Shown here in pieces: positions 34,101-46,100 of a stretch of 64,000 nucleotides of DNA. The position numbers were made by a program, and so were the translations under genes. Under the pieces are notes generated by a model, which was given only the letters and a program-made list of their open reading frames with translations, did no database searches and was not told the origin of the DNA. The stretch comes from Sphaerodactylus townsendi. Its lineage: Eukaryota. Within the stretch, counting starts at the first letter, position 1. Each line of letters starts with the position of its first letter. The DNA is taken from contig NC_059436.1 of the NCBI RefSeq assembly GCF_021028975.2, positions 25,668,001 through 25,732,000 on the forward strand, written 5' to 3'.

Positions 34101-37100
34101 CGATCTCTCCCCAGACGATTCTGAAATGACAGCCAGCCTGCTGTGGTTCTGGCTGGGGACCGCAGGGCTTCGAGTGGTTAAGACGGAGAGATCAGAAGGA
34201 AGTTCCAGCGGCAACTCAAACTGCTCCTCTGCAGATATTGATGACGAAACGCTGCTGTCCACTGGTTCTGTTGTTGGCAGTTGTTGAGAAAACACTTCAA
34301 AGAGGCCCATATCCTTGCCCCGGTTGCTGTCAAGACCCAGCCCCTCCCCCAGTGTCAAGAGTTCGGAGGAAGAAGACTCGGGACTCTCTCCCAGGGCCTG
34401 CATGGAGGGGGTATTTTTCAGGACAAAGTCCATGATATCCGAAGGGAGAATGTTCCCGCAGTCATCACTGTTGTTGTTGTCGGAGTCCGATTTCAGGAGC
34501 TCGGTGTTGAAGGTATCCAAAAGAGTTTTGTCCGAAGGAGTACTCGCACGAGGTCGGCGACCTGCATCCAAGGAGCTGAGCTGAGCTTCCAGTGAGTCCT
34601 GGCCCTGAGGTTTGACCCGGCAGTTCTCCATCTTTGGGTCGGTGCTTTTGGAGCCAGCTGAGGTCTTAGTGGCAGGAGCTTTCCCCCCACTTTCTTCACT
34701 CCTGTCAAGTTTTAGGTTTTCTGTCCCGTTCTCTTTGCCACCCCTTTTGGCCACTGGATTAACTTTCCTTGTGGTCACTGTGATGCTCGCATCACTCTCT
34801 GAGCCGTCATCCACACCGTCGAGCTGGGAGATTTTGGGAAGTCCACACTGCTCCTCTTCTCTGAATAAGCTGTGGGGTGCCAGGTGCTCCCCTGTGCTGG
34901 ACACCACGGTCCTGGCAAAGTTGTAGTAGTAGAGATCTTCTTCATCGGATGTGCTGACATCATCTGCACCGTCCACTTGCCCTTCAGCAGACCTCTTGCC
35001 TCGCTTTTTCCCAGTGGAGTTGCTGAAGAAGGGAAAGTCTTCTTCGCCATAAGACCTTACGCCATACAGGGGAGTCAGCCCAAAGAACATGTTGGATCTG
35101 GCCCGGGCGCTGCGCCGGGGGTACCGCCGCTTGTAAGCTCCATCTTCCTGTGCTTTAGCCCCGTCCTGGAGTATCAAGTTGCCATCTTGTCCGGGAAGAC
35201 CCTGGTAGGCATCTCTCTGGGACTGGGGAATGGAAGTGTCACCTGGTCTGTCCTGGGCCTCAGGCCCCGCTGCAGAAGAAGGCTCGGCCACAGAAGGCGG
35301 CTTGCTGTCCTGAGACACAGCGTCGGCATTGCTCTCCCTCGGCACGGTTCTGGGCTGGTTCTCCCCTTCCATCTTGAGGGGAGTCAGGGTGACTTTCACC
35401 GTGCGCTTCTGCGAGGTCTGCAGGTCTTTTGATGGGGCCAGTTCGCCATGGAAAGCAGGGGCCTTGGAGGTCCTCTGCAGAAGCGCGTGACTCCCGGCCG
35501 CCTTCTCCGCCACAGCCCTGCTGCAGGGCTCGGGGGCTGCTGGGTAAGCACATTCCAGCTCTGCGCTTCCTTCACTGCTGGCCGGGAGGAGGCTGGAACT
35601 GGAGAGGCGCTTGCTGGGAAGCCTCTCCTTCGTGCCCTTCTTGCCTGTCTGCCGCTTCTCTCTGCTCACGAGGGGAAGAGGCTCGCTGCCTGGAGGAGGC
35701 TTGCTACTCCCGTCAGGTGTCTTGGAGGCCTTTGCTTCCGCCTCCACAAAAGCCTTGGGTGTTTCTGGCTGGGGGGCGTCCGCCTGCTGGCTCTGCTCCT
35801 TCTTTGGGGCTCTCTGGTGGCAGAGCGGAGGGGCTGCCATGTCTTTGGGGGGAAACAATACGGGCAGAGGGTCCAGGAGCTTCTCTGCTGGGTTGGTGCT
35901 GGGCTCAGGACCAGCCATGCCTGCCACCGGAGCACCTTCCTGAGAACTCCCAGGGGGAGCGCTGGAGTCTTTGCAGCACAGGAACTTGGCTTTCTCGGCA
36001 TTTGCAGGGATGGCCCCTCCAGGAGGTGCCGCTGGCAAAGAGACGGATCCCTCCAGAGAAGAAACTTTACTTCCACTTGTCATGGCTGATTTCTGGGACC
36101 GAGGAGAGGCAGAGCTGCTCTGGAGAGCAGCACAGGAGGCTGCTGAGCCCTGCAGTGGTTCTGCTGGTGGTGTGCTCCAATCCTGCTGATCCTGGGAGGG
36201 TGCTGGGGACATGCTGGGCCTGGAGTGGGTGGCCCTGGCTCTGCTGGCAGACAGCAGCCAGGACCTGAACTGCAAGGGGAACAGAGGAGACACACTGTGC
36301 CTCCTGGAGCCAATTCTCCGGAGTCCAGATGAGAGCAGCGGATCTCCCACAGTCACGATCTCGTGAGTCACGGGGGTAGGACTCCCTGGAGGAGGAAGGG
36401 GCAGAGGAGAAGGAAAAAAAGAGAAGAGTTACAGAACTGAGGTTAGCAGGGGTCAAAGAGCAAGTCATCCCCTGAACATGAACACAGATCCAGCCAGGTG
36501 AGGGATAATGTATCATTCCAGCTCCCACAGACAACCTTTTCTTATATACGGCTGAGCCCTACTCTTCTTTCCCCAAGATGACCACAAAGGACACACAGAC
36601 AAGTAGGAGAAATGACACCAGACCGTCCACTCTAGTCCATTCAGCAGTTTGCTGGGCAGTGGCTCTTTAGGGTCTCAAGAACATGAGTCTTTCTACCTAC
36701 TAATTTTAAGGGGACACGCTACGGGGGATTGAAGCAGGCTTCCTCTGCTTGCAAACAGGTGTTTTACCACGGAGCCACTGCCCACGCCTAAGCGGAGCTG
36801 CTTTCTGCTGCAGTGGCCTCTCGAGGTACAAACTGCCCATTCTGTAGGCAAAGCTCTCTCTCAGCACCCCTTATTTTAAAAAAAACCATTATTTTTGCCA
36901 AGACTTATGAACAACAACAACAACAGTAAAAACACATTATTCAGAACATAAATAAAGCAATTTACTACGAAGGAAGGACCAATCATGGCAAAACCACCAG
37001 TGGTGTTCCAAACAAGGCCTTCTAGGACCAAGGAGTGTTTATCTACTCACACCTGATAGAATCTGCCTGCTGAGTGAAGTGTTTCAAATACTCTTTGACT

Positions 37101-40100
37101 ACGTAATGAGACAGGATGGAATGAGATTTCAGAGGCTTTCGGTGGATTTACTGGTTAGATTTTCCAATGAATTAAAAAAAGGCTGCCATCTATTTGTGGG
37201 ATTAGTTGTGTAAGGTGATCAGTATCGGGAGATGCCAGGAACTGAACTCAAGCAGACACTTGGCCACTCAGAGTAACTCCCCAGCCCAGTTCATGACACG
37301 GTGGCTTGGGACTGCAGAGCACAGAGCTGGGGCTTGGCTGCCGTTGGGGTTCTTTCCAATTCCCATTAGACCACATCACACGAGCCCACAGGAATCGAGG
37401 GTGAGGAAGGAGCCTGCGGAATGCAAGAGCTGCATCTGGAATCGGAGACGCCAACATCCTGGGATGCCCCCTGCCCGCCGTCTGCTAGTCAGCTGTGGTC
37501 TCAGATGACACAAAGCCTCTCTGGGTTGGGACAATGTGGTTTTGTCAGGTGGTTGTTCCTGGGTGGAGCTTTCCACAGAGCAGCATCTGCTGGCATGAAC
37601 GCTGCTGGTCAACCACCAAGAACTGTTTAGATGACCAGCGCAGGTAAAAGACAGCAGCCATAACTGTTCAGCAGCCACGCCCACGCCTTCTTCCCAGGTG
37701 CATTTTTCAAGGTAGCATGGCGTCCCCTACATGAATCTGAGGCACAGGAACTCATCTGGGAACAACAGTGTTGAGAGAACCTGGCAAGTATCTGACTTGG
37801 TGGGGAGAGAAAGGAAGAACAGAGACTGACTTTGAACAGCAGCTCAGAGAGATGTGATATGGGCAAGGGTTAGCAAGACTGAGCAGCTGAGCCCACAATA
37901 TCTCCCCTGCTGGCCCTCCTGAGTGTCAGATCCTGAGAAGAAGCCCCCAAACCCCCTGAAATGTGGAAACGGAGGTTGCCTGTTCCCCACCTGTACATAC
38001 CCGAGTCATGACCATCAGAGGACGCCCCTCAACCTGCCTGCCAGCACGAATGTGCTTTACAGTTCTCCACCCCCTCCCCTGGCATTTCCCAGGTCCACTA
38101 GATTTGGGAAATTGCAGAGGAGGGGGAGGGGATGCTATTTCCGGGTCCACGGGGACTTGGGAATGGTGGCAGGAGGAGGGAAGTGCAAGCATCAGCTCCA
38201 GCTGGAACTCAATCACATGAGGCTTTTTGGGCACTATGGTTTTCAGCTCTAGCCGATCTGGCTTTTTTTGGTGATTCGATTTTACTGAATCACCACCCCT
38301 ACCTAGCAGGTGCCTTCACCTAGTGACACAGCAGAAGGCACACTGTTAGACGCACCTCTTACAGTGGCTGTACTAGCAAAGGTGGGTTTGTGGAGGCTCA
38401 CAGCCACCAGCAGCAGCTTGGAGAAATACTGGGCCTGAGAAAATAGCAGGCAGTTTAGAGACCAAAGTTTATCAGGTCAGACCTGCAGAGGGCAGCGGCC
38501 TTGAACCAGGGGATCGCTGGACAGGGGCAAAACTTGGCCTTCTCATCCGCAGGGTCTTGCAGTTCTGCAGTTGCGCTGGAAGGTCTGAACACACCGGGCT
38601 CACAGCTGCAGAGACTTCTTTAGTGAGGATTTCTACTGCAGAAGAAAAACAAGGAATCAGGGGTTTGACATAAGAGCACAGAAGCAGCCATGCTGGACTA
38701 AGCTTGCACAGAAGACCACTCGAAGAACTTCAGCCACAGATAAGCCCAACGCTGTTTTACCTCCTCGTGACCTTTTGTGCAGTCCCACACTGGGAGAGTC
38801 GCAAGCTCATTCCAAATCAGGCGATGGGTGTGAGGCTGTGACGGAAGCACTGACCACCACAACAAAGAAGAGTGAACGTGCTTTATTAACCCAGTCATTT
38901 GAACAAAGGACGCAGATCTGCCTTCCCCACACCAGCATTGCAATGAGATCCAATGTCCATGGCATAATGACAAATAAAATACAGGCTAAGGGCTTGTCAG
39001 GCCTGCCCCATGCTTGGCCTGGCAGCTCGCACGTACACAGCCTTGGCGCAGATGGCCCAGCTATTATCATTGTCCAAGGCCGTGGGGCCTCTTCTCGCTT
39101 GCAAGTAACTAGCTCAACAGTGCTTAATGGCTACTCCTTATCGGCCTTCCTGAGGGAGTGGCCTGCCTGTCCCCAAAACAAGGTCTCTTTCTCACTGTCC
39201 TTTCACATGCTGATGTTTGGGAATGCGAGGGGGGTGGGTGGGTTCTGGGTTGAGTAAAACTGTAGCTTACAGGTATATACCAGGGGCCAGAGAGCCAAAC
39301 CTCAGTTTTGGCTATCTGGCCGTTGGGCTGGCACAGTTCTAATAAAGCTCTTGAACCACTCTTGAGACTTGTTATTGACTGGGTTAACCTAGACCCTTAC
39401 AGGACTATGTCACTGCTTTGCAAATGTCCAGGATTCTGAAAGCGGAATGGAAGGTGGCCGAAGCAGCCTGGCAGCGAGTGTAGTGAGCATGAACCGGAAG
39501 GGAGCAGTCCATCTTTGCAACAAAATAAATCTGAACAATGGCTTGAGAAACCTACCTGGACAATGTTTGGGTAGAAACTGGATGACAAACAGACAGGTGA
39601 CTATCTTTGTGGAAAGGTGCTGGGCAATCGAGCTAAAACAACAAGCACCAACAAATGCAACGCCCTGTCCAAGTCAGAGGAAGGGTGAGGGAAAAACACC
39701 AGGAGGACCATGTCTTGCCCCAAATGGAAGAGACACACCACCTTAGGGAGGTGATCCAAACTTTATCCCCATGGATCTTGAGGAACGGTGGGCCTTCTTC
39801 GGAGACCCTTGATGCCTTCATCTTGAGTCCCTGCGTCGATGAGAAGAAGCCGGTGAAGCGGACCTACTAGGATGACCGTTGGTGGGCCACCAAGGAGGGT
39901 ATTGAGGAAAATATGGCCAAGGACCATACTGGAGCCTACTGGAAGAGGCAGGTGGGTGATCAGATGAAGGTCAAAGGTACTCGTAGGTCTGGAAGGAGTG
40001 CTCAGGTCTTCCTGAACAGTGGGTGGTGGGTGGGTGGGTGTTCAAAGACACTTTGACAACCTTTTGTCCCTCCTTTCTGCATACTTTTGTCACTCAAAGG

Positions 40101-43100
40101 ATCTTCTGTCTCTGGCAGAGGCTTGGATCCCTCTGGAGGAATAGTAGGTACCAGTGGGAAAGGATCTGAACGCGGCCACTTAAGCATCGAAACTTCTCAT
40201 GCAGGCAAGGGAAGGTCCTGGTAAAGGGTTGAAAAATCAGCCGTTGACATTGGAGGCATCTGCGCTGACAATTGTCTTGATGGCGAGCATGTCGGCGTTG
40301 ACAGGTCTTGGTGTCAAGGAGACGTCCCGGGGCTGGAATCAGCGGAAGTGTCACGGCCCAGCTTTGAAGAAAGGTGGTTGATGAGTCTTGACGATGGTCC
40401 TGGAGCTGAGGAAGAGGATCGATGCCGACGCTTTGGGGAAACGGAGGGAGGTGAGGAGTGATCGGTTGAAAGAGGTTCGACATTGAAACGGCCCAGCCTC
40501 TCAGAAAGCGATCCATGCAGAGCCTCCAAAAGACCGCCCTTGGTGGCGATAATATCCATTGGCATTGAAAACTGTCGGCAACAGGGGCTGTGCCCGTGAG
40601 CCTCAGAAGTCCGCGGGGAGCATGATGGGGAGTGGCGACATCGGGAGGACTTTTCCCTCCTCCTTTGTTCCATGCTCTGATGACCTGGAGCACTTAGAGG
40701 CCTTCTTGTTCGGTGGTTCTGAAGACATCCCAGCCTGTGCAGAAAGCTCAGCCCGTTTGGAGGAAGGGGCCACGAGGGAAATGACAGAGGGGGATTTGGG
40801 AAAGGTCTCCCCATGAAGCCCCTCAGGAGCAAGAGATTTCTCCCACAGAGAAGTCTTCAGCCGAGAGGCTCTTACAGCCACAGTCTTGGGAGTGAGGAGG
40901 GCACGGAAGCGGCAGATAGAGAGAAGGTGGCCTCCATCCAGGCACAGGAGGCAGTCCTTGGGGTTAGGGTTAGGGGGCATCATTCTTGGCCGTTTCAGTC
41001 CCCCCACAAGTGGAGCACTTCTTAAATAGTGCCTCTCCCTTCACAGATATAGTGAAAACAGAGAGGTTCTACCTCAGAACATGAAGTAAATGGGTTGAGG
41101 AAATTCCATAGAACAGAGCTAGAGAAACTTGCCACTGCTTTCCGAAGAGGCGGCCGTAGGAGAGCAGAGGGGAGAGCTCCTCCCCCCCCCTCCCAGCCAC
41201 CTGACCTTTTAGGTGGGAAAATCTGCCCCGAGGGTCCTGGGGGTTGGGAGGGGGAGAGTTCCAATCTTCACAGACGCTGGGCTCTTCACATCAGGGCCCT
41301 GAGGGATTTGATGCAATTCCGCAGGGACTGAAAGGCAGAGCTGTTCCGCCAGGCCAAAAACTAGAAACTGAAATCGAAATCGTAATTCTATTAACTGCCT
41401 TTGTTGCCTGCCCAAACCTTAATTCCCGACCTGCTTTAAATGGCACCTGTTGCCAGCCTTGTTTTAACTCTGATCTGAAATTAGCTTTTACTTGATTTTA
41501 ATTTAAATGTATTTTAATTAGATCAGATTGGATTTTAATTATTATAACTACCTGTTTCAACTTTTTTGACTGTTTTAATTGTTGACTTCTTTATTTAAAC
41601 AGGTTTTATGTGTTGTTTATTGTTGTCAGCTGCTCTGAGCCCTTGTGGAAAGAGCGGTGTACAAATCAAACTAGATAAACAAACAAACAAACTGCCTGGC
41701 TGGCTTGCACCCAGGTGGGACTGCACAGAAGGCCACGAAGGTCAGTTCAGTCCTCTCAGAACTCTCTCAACCTCATACACCTCACAAGGTGTCTGTTGTG
41801 GGGGGGAGGGGATGAGGAATTTGAGACTCTTTCTGGTAGAGAAAGTGGGGTTTGAAAACCAACTCTCCTTCTTCTTCTTCTTCCCCTGCCCACCCTCTTC
41901 ATCAGATGCCCCGCAAGTCCTAGTATTTTGGGAGGAGAAGCAGGTCTCTCTGGCCACACATTCCATGCATAATTTCATAAATCTCTTGCATCTCTCTCCC
42001 CTTCGTCAACTTTCCTCCTAAATGAAAAGACCCATTTAAAAGGTTTTTATCCAGCTCTGAAATGTTCTAACAGAAATGGGAGAAGTATCTCATTCTGCAA
42101 ATGAAGCATATTTTTACAGCCAAGAGAAAGATCCTGTATTTACCAAGGAATCCTCGGTTGTCTTTCTTTTCCGTGGACAGTCAAGTCCAGCAGGCTAGCA
42201 CCTGATCCTGGGCATCCTAAACGGAAAGTTATCAGCACTCGACATGGCGCACATGACCGTAGGCTGTCCATGGAAGAGGAAGAAAACACAGTGCATCTCT
42301 GCAGCTGCAGCCTTGGCATAGAGCAGAACTCACCAGGGGGTGGCATGGGGCTATGAGCGATGGTTCTGTTGTCATCGTGGTCCACGGTGCTATTGATATC
42401 TAGCTCTGAGTTGGAAGGGCGGCACTCCACAATCTTGCAAGTGTACACACAGCGCTTCCTTGCATCTGTTGTGCTCCAGTACACCCGAGAGCACCTGGGA
42501 AATATTGTACACAGATGATCAACAAAGGTTCAGGGACATGGCTGTGCATATGGAGCATACAAGACTGACTCCAGGCTGCAACTCCTCCAGAACTGGGGAG
42601 AAAAAGGCCTTCCCAAACAATTGAGTGGGTTCCCAAGAACATTTTCCAGGGTGAAATGAGGTCTGTTTAGTGGTCAGCTGGTACGTACTGGTAGCCAATA
42701 GGGAAAAGTTTATCTTCACAATCAGAAAGATCATTCAGAATTCCGAGGCAGTCGACAGTCATGGACCCTGCATGGAAACAGAACAGGTAAATTGCTGTGA
42801 AGGAAAGCAACAGCAGTGAGTAACACCCCCTGCCCCCACCGATGCCCAAAGCCAGCAGCCGAGGCCTTACCGATCATCATATGGATGTTCTCTGGCTCCA
42901 GGCCACTGAAAAACTTCCGCCTCAAATTAATCCCTTCAAAATCCACAAAGACCCTCCTCAGGACCTCAAAACCATCCTCAGGCACCACCTGCAATGAGAA
43001 CAGAAACAGGATCGCTGTGGCCAGAGCCACGGGCACACGGGGGAGGGAGGGAGGGAGGGAGGGAGGGAGGGAGGAGAACAAGCAGGCCAGGGCCTCTCAC

Positions 43101-46100
43101 CTCCCCTTGGATCAGGTCCCGGTGCCGCTGGCAGTAGACTTTCTTGTCCTCCAGGAAGAGGCAGTTTTGAGCCCGAGAGCACATGAAGTGATAATTGCTT
43201 GTGCAGGAAGCCAGGCAGCACCCCACCGTGGCCCCTGACTTCACGCAGGACTCACACCTCTGCAAGACAAACGGATGCGTCACCCTCTGGTGGCATTATG
43301 AAGGGTGAAATTGACTGTCCAAAGCTATTGGCGGCACTACTTCCCCTCTGGCACATGCAACCATCCGACCACACAACACAGCACAACAACACAACACAGG
43401 TGAGCACCACCCTGCAAGTTCTGAATTGAGCAAACCCAAAAGTTGTCACTAAATGGGATTCATTGTGGATCTTTACAAATGGGATCAGAGCAGACTTTTC
43501 CAGATTTCTCATGTCAACAATTCAGAGGAATAGTGGAGAAGCCTGGCTGCCTGGAAAGTCACACGCTCAGAGCGGGCCACAGCAACTCCCTCGTAAGTTC
43601 CAGGCAAACCAGCAGCTGCAGCCAGGCCCCTTGTGGAGATTTGGGTGCCCCCGTCAGAGGCCACCCAGGCCACGCTCCCTGCTTCACTCACTGTACAGGG
43701 AGCTGTTTGCACGAAGTCAACAATGGAATGCACAACAGTTTATGTGAGCAGCACTTTACAACTCAAGTGCTGCTTGAAGCAAGATTCACTGTATCATTTC
43801 GTTACCAGCAGAGAGAGGAGGGGACTCCATTCCACAAACTGGGGCAAATTAAGTGATATGAGGCCTCTGCATGCTAACAAACCATATCAAGATGCACAGT
43901 TGACTTGTCAAAACTCTTCTTGGCTCTGGCAAGAGCAAGTGAGGAGAGCTTTTTGCATAGAGCAATGTCATTTTTAAAACCTACCTCCTTCTTCCCAGAA
44001 AACTCTTGCCCCCCCACCCCCCGCTCACTTCTACCCACCAGCTGTTTTCCTCGGATCACTGCCATGTGCACATTCTTCAAGGAGCCATCATCATCCTCAA
44101 AGACCTCTGCAGACCACAGGGCACAGTTCACGTGTGTCCACTCATTCTGGCCAATGTAAAGAAGACGTCCTGCGTCCTGCAGAGAGGGAGTCAGGCCGTC
44201 AAAGGCACCCATAATACAGCCACATGAAAAGAGCCCGAGGAGGGAGGGAGGGAGCCAAAAGAGGGCCCACTGATGGGGAGGAAGCAGGATGCTCGGCTGT
44301 AGGGAGGCTGGGCGGGGGCTGCTGGTCAGAGCCCAAAGGGGGCCAAAGAGCTCCTCCATCACGTGCCCCAGACCGCATTCTGCCAGAGCCACTCACGTTT
44401 GCCCCATCATCGCCATATTTCAAGCAAAGAGCACACTGCCGGTTGTCTTCCACATCTGGGGGTGGGACAAGGTCCGGACTGTCCTCTCTGCCTTGGTCAG
44501 AACCTCCGAGCAAAAAGAGAGGGAGCTGTTCAATTTTGACAAGCAGTATGTGGAAGAACATGCAGGCAAGGAACAATCATCCCCCCTCCGACGCACAAAT
44601 CCATCAACAACCTGCTGGAGGAATCAATTTGCCAGCAAGGCCCCCAGCATTCAACTGGCTTGAGCAGAAGCCCCGTCCAGCCAAGGAAACAATGAGGGGC
44701 CGGGCAGTGGAGGCGCTCCAGCAAGCTCTGCACCAGAACTCCAGGCATCTGCTCTATCTGCCGCCCCCCACCCCCCTTCCCCCCTGGCAGCTCATCTGCA
44801 GAGTTTCTCCCCAGAAAAAGACAAGGCTCTGTTGCTCACTGGACACGGGCGCAGCGGGCAGAGGCTGTGGTGTCGGGGAATCTGGTTCTCCAGGGCCTTT
44901 CGGTTTGGGAGCAGGAATTATTTTCTTCATCAGTGGGGGCTGCTGAGCACAACTGTTTTCTTCACGTTCCTGCCACTGAGCATAGTTATGGTCGAGGGAC
45001 GGAGGCAAGACTGCATTTGGCAGCATTCCGCTACTGAAAAGGCAAGAAAAGACAGGGCCAAGCATCAGGCAGGGCTGCTTCGGCTGCACCTGTTGTGGCA
45101 TCCCCCAGCCTGCAGCCAATGGACACACTAAGGCCCAACACAACAAGGTGTGTGTCACACCCAGCACTTCAAGACAGCTGACACCATCTCTGCAGGCACT
45201 TGTGTTGCAAAACATGGCAGCCAGTTTAACAACCGAATTCCTGTTTTCTTTCCAGCCTGCCACAGCTCAGGCCCCACCTTGGAGCAACTGCACAGCACTT
45301 ACTTACTTGGGTGTGACTTTATTAGGTTCCCAAAATCTAGATTTCTTTACACTGAACCATGGAAAAACTCGTTCCATTTGCTAAAAAGAAAAGAAAAAGA
45401 TTATTATAAACATTGTCTAAGGCAGAACTAAACACTTGGAGAAAGTTCTCCAAATTCACAACTGCAAAGGATTTATTACATGTTTCAAACATGCCAAGTC
45501 AAGACACCAATTTGTTGCAGAAAGCCAGGCAAGAATTGAAGAGAAATATGAGCCCCTTTGGGAGTCTTTAGGATGTAGCACCACTGCGCCGGAGCCATCA
45601 CCCAGCCCTGAGAATGGGCAAACTTGACTTACCCGAGTAAAGAAAGACTTCACCAGGCTGTTGGCTTTTTTGAGTTCTGGCTGCCCTCCGTCAGCATTCA
45701 TGGCTGCTTGAATGATCTTGACAATATCATCACTCAATTCCAGCTAGAAAGGGCACACAGATACACACGGTACTCACCTTACTGCTGCCTTCTGCAAGGT
45801 CCCGATAGGTGAAAGACAGCCCTCCCTTCCAAGAGAAGTGGGGGCCCTTGCTTTGTCAGCCCCTGGAGTTCCCTGCCCTGTTCTCCAGAACAGCAGCAGG
45901 CCCGAGGCTAACAGATGACTGCCTAGGATGACCAAGCATGTCAAGGTGCAAAGGTGGAAGGTCTTAGCAGAGAGGCAGCATTTGAAGGCTCCTTTCTTTC
46001 CATGCCGTTCAGAAACAGCAAAGTGTTTCCACTCTTTCCAAGCAGCCGCTGCCCTGCCTTCTATGATGTAAGAGAGCCCGACCGTCATCCTGAAGGGCAA

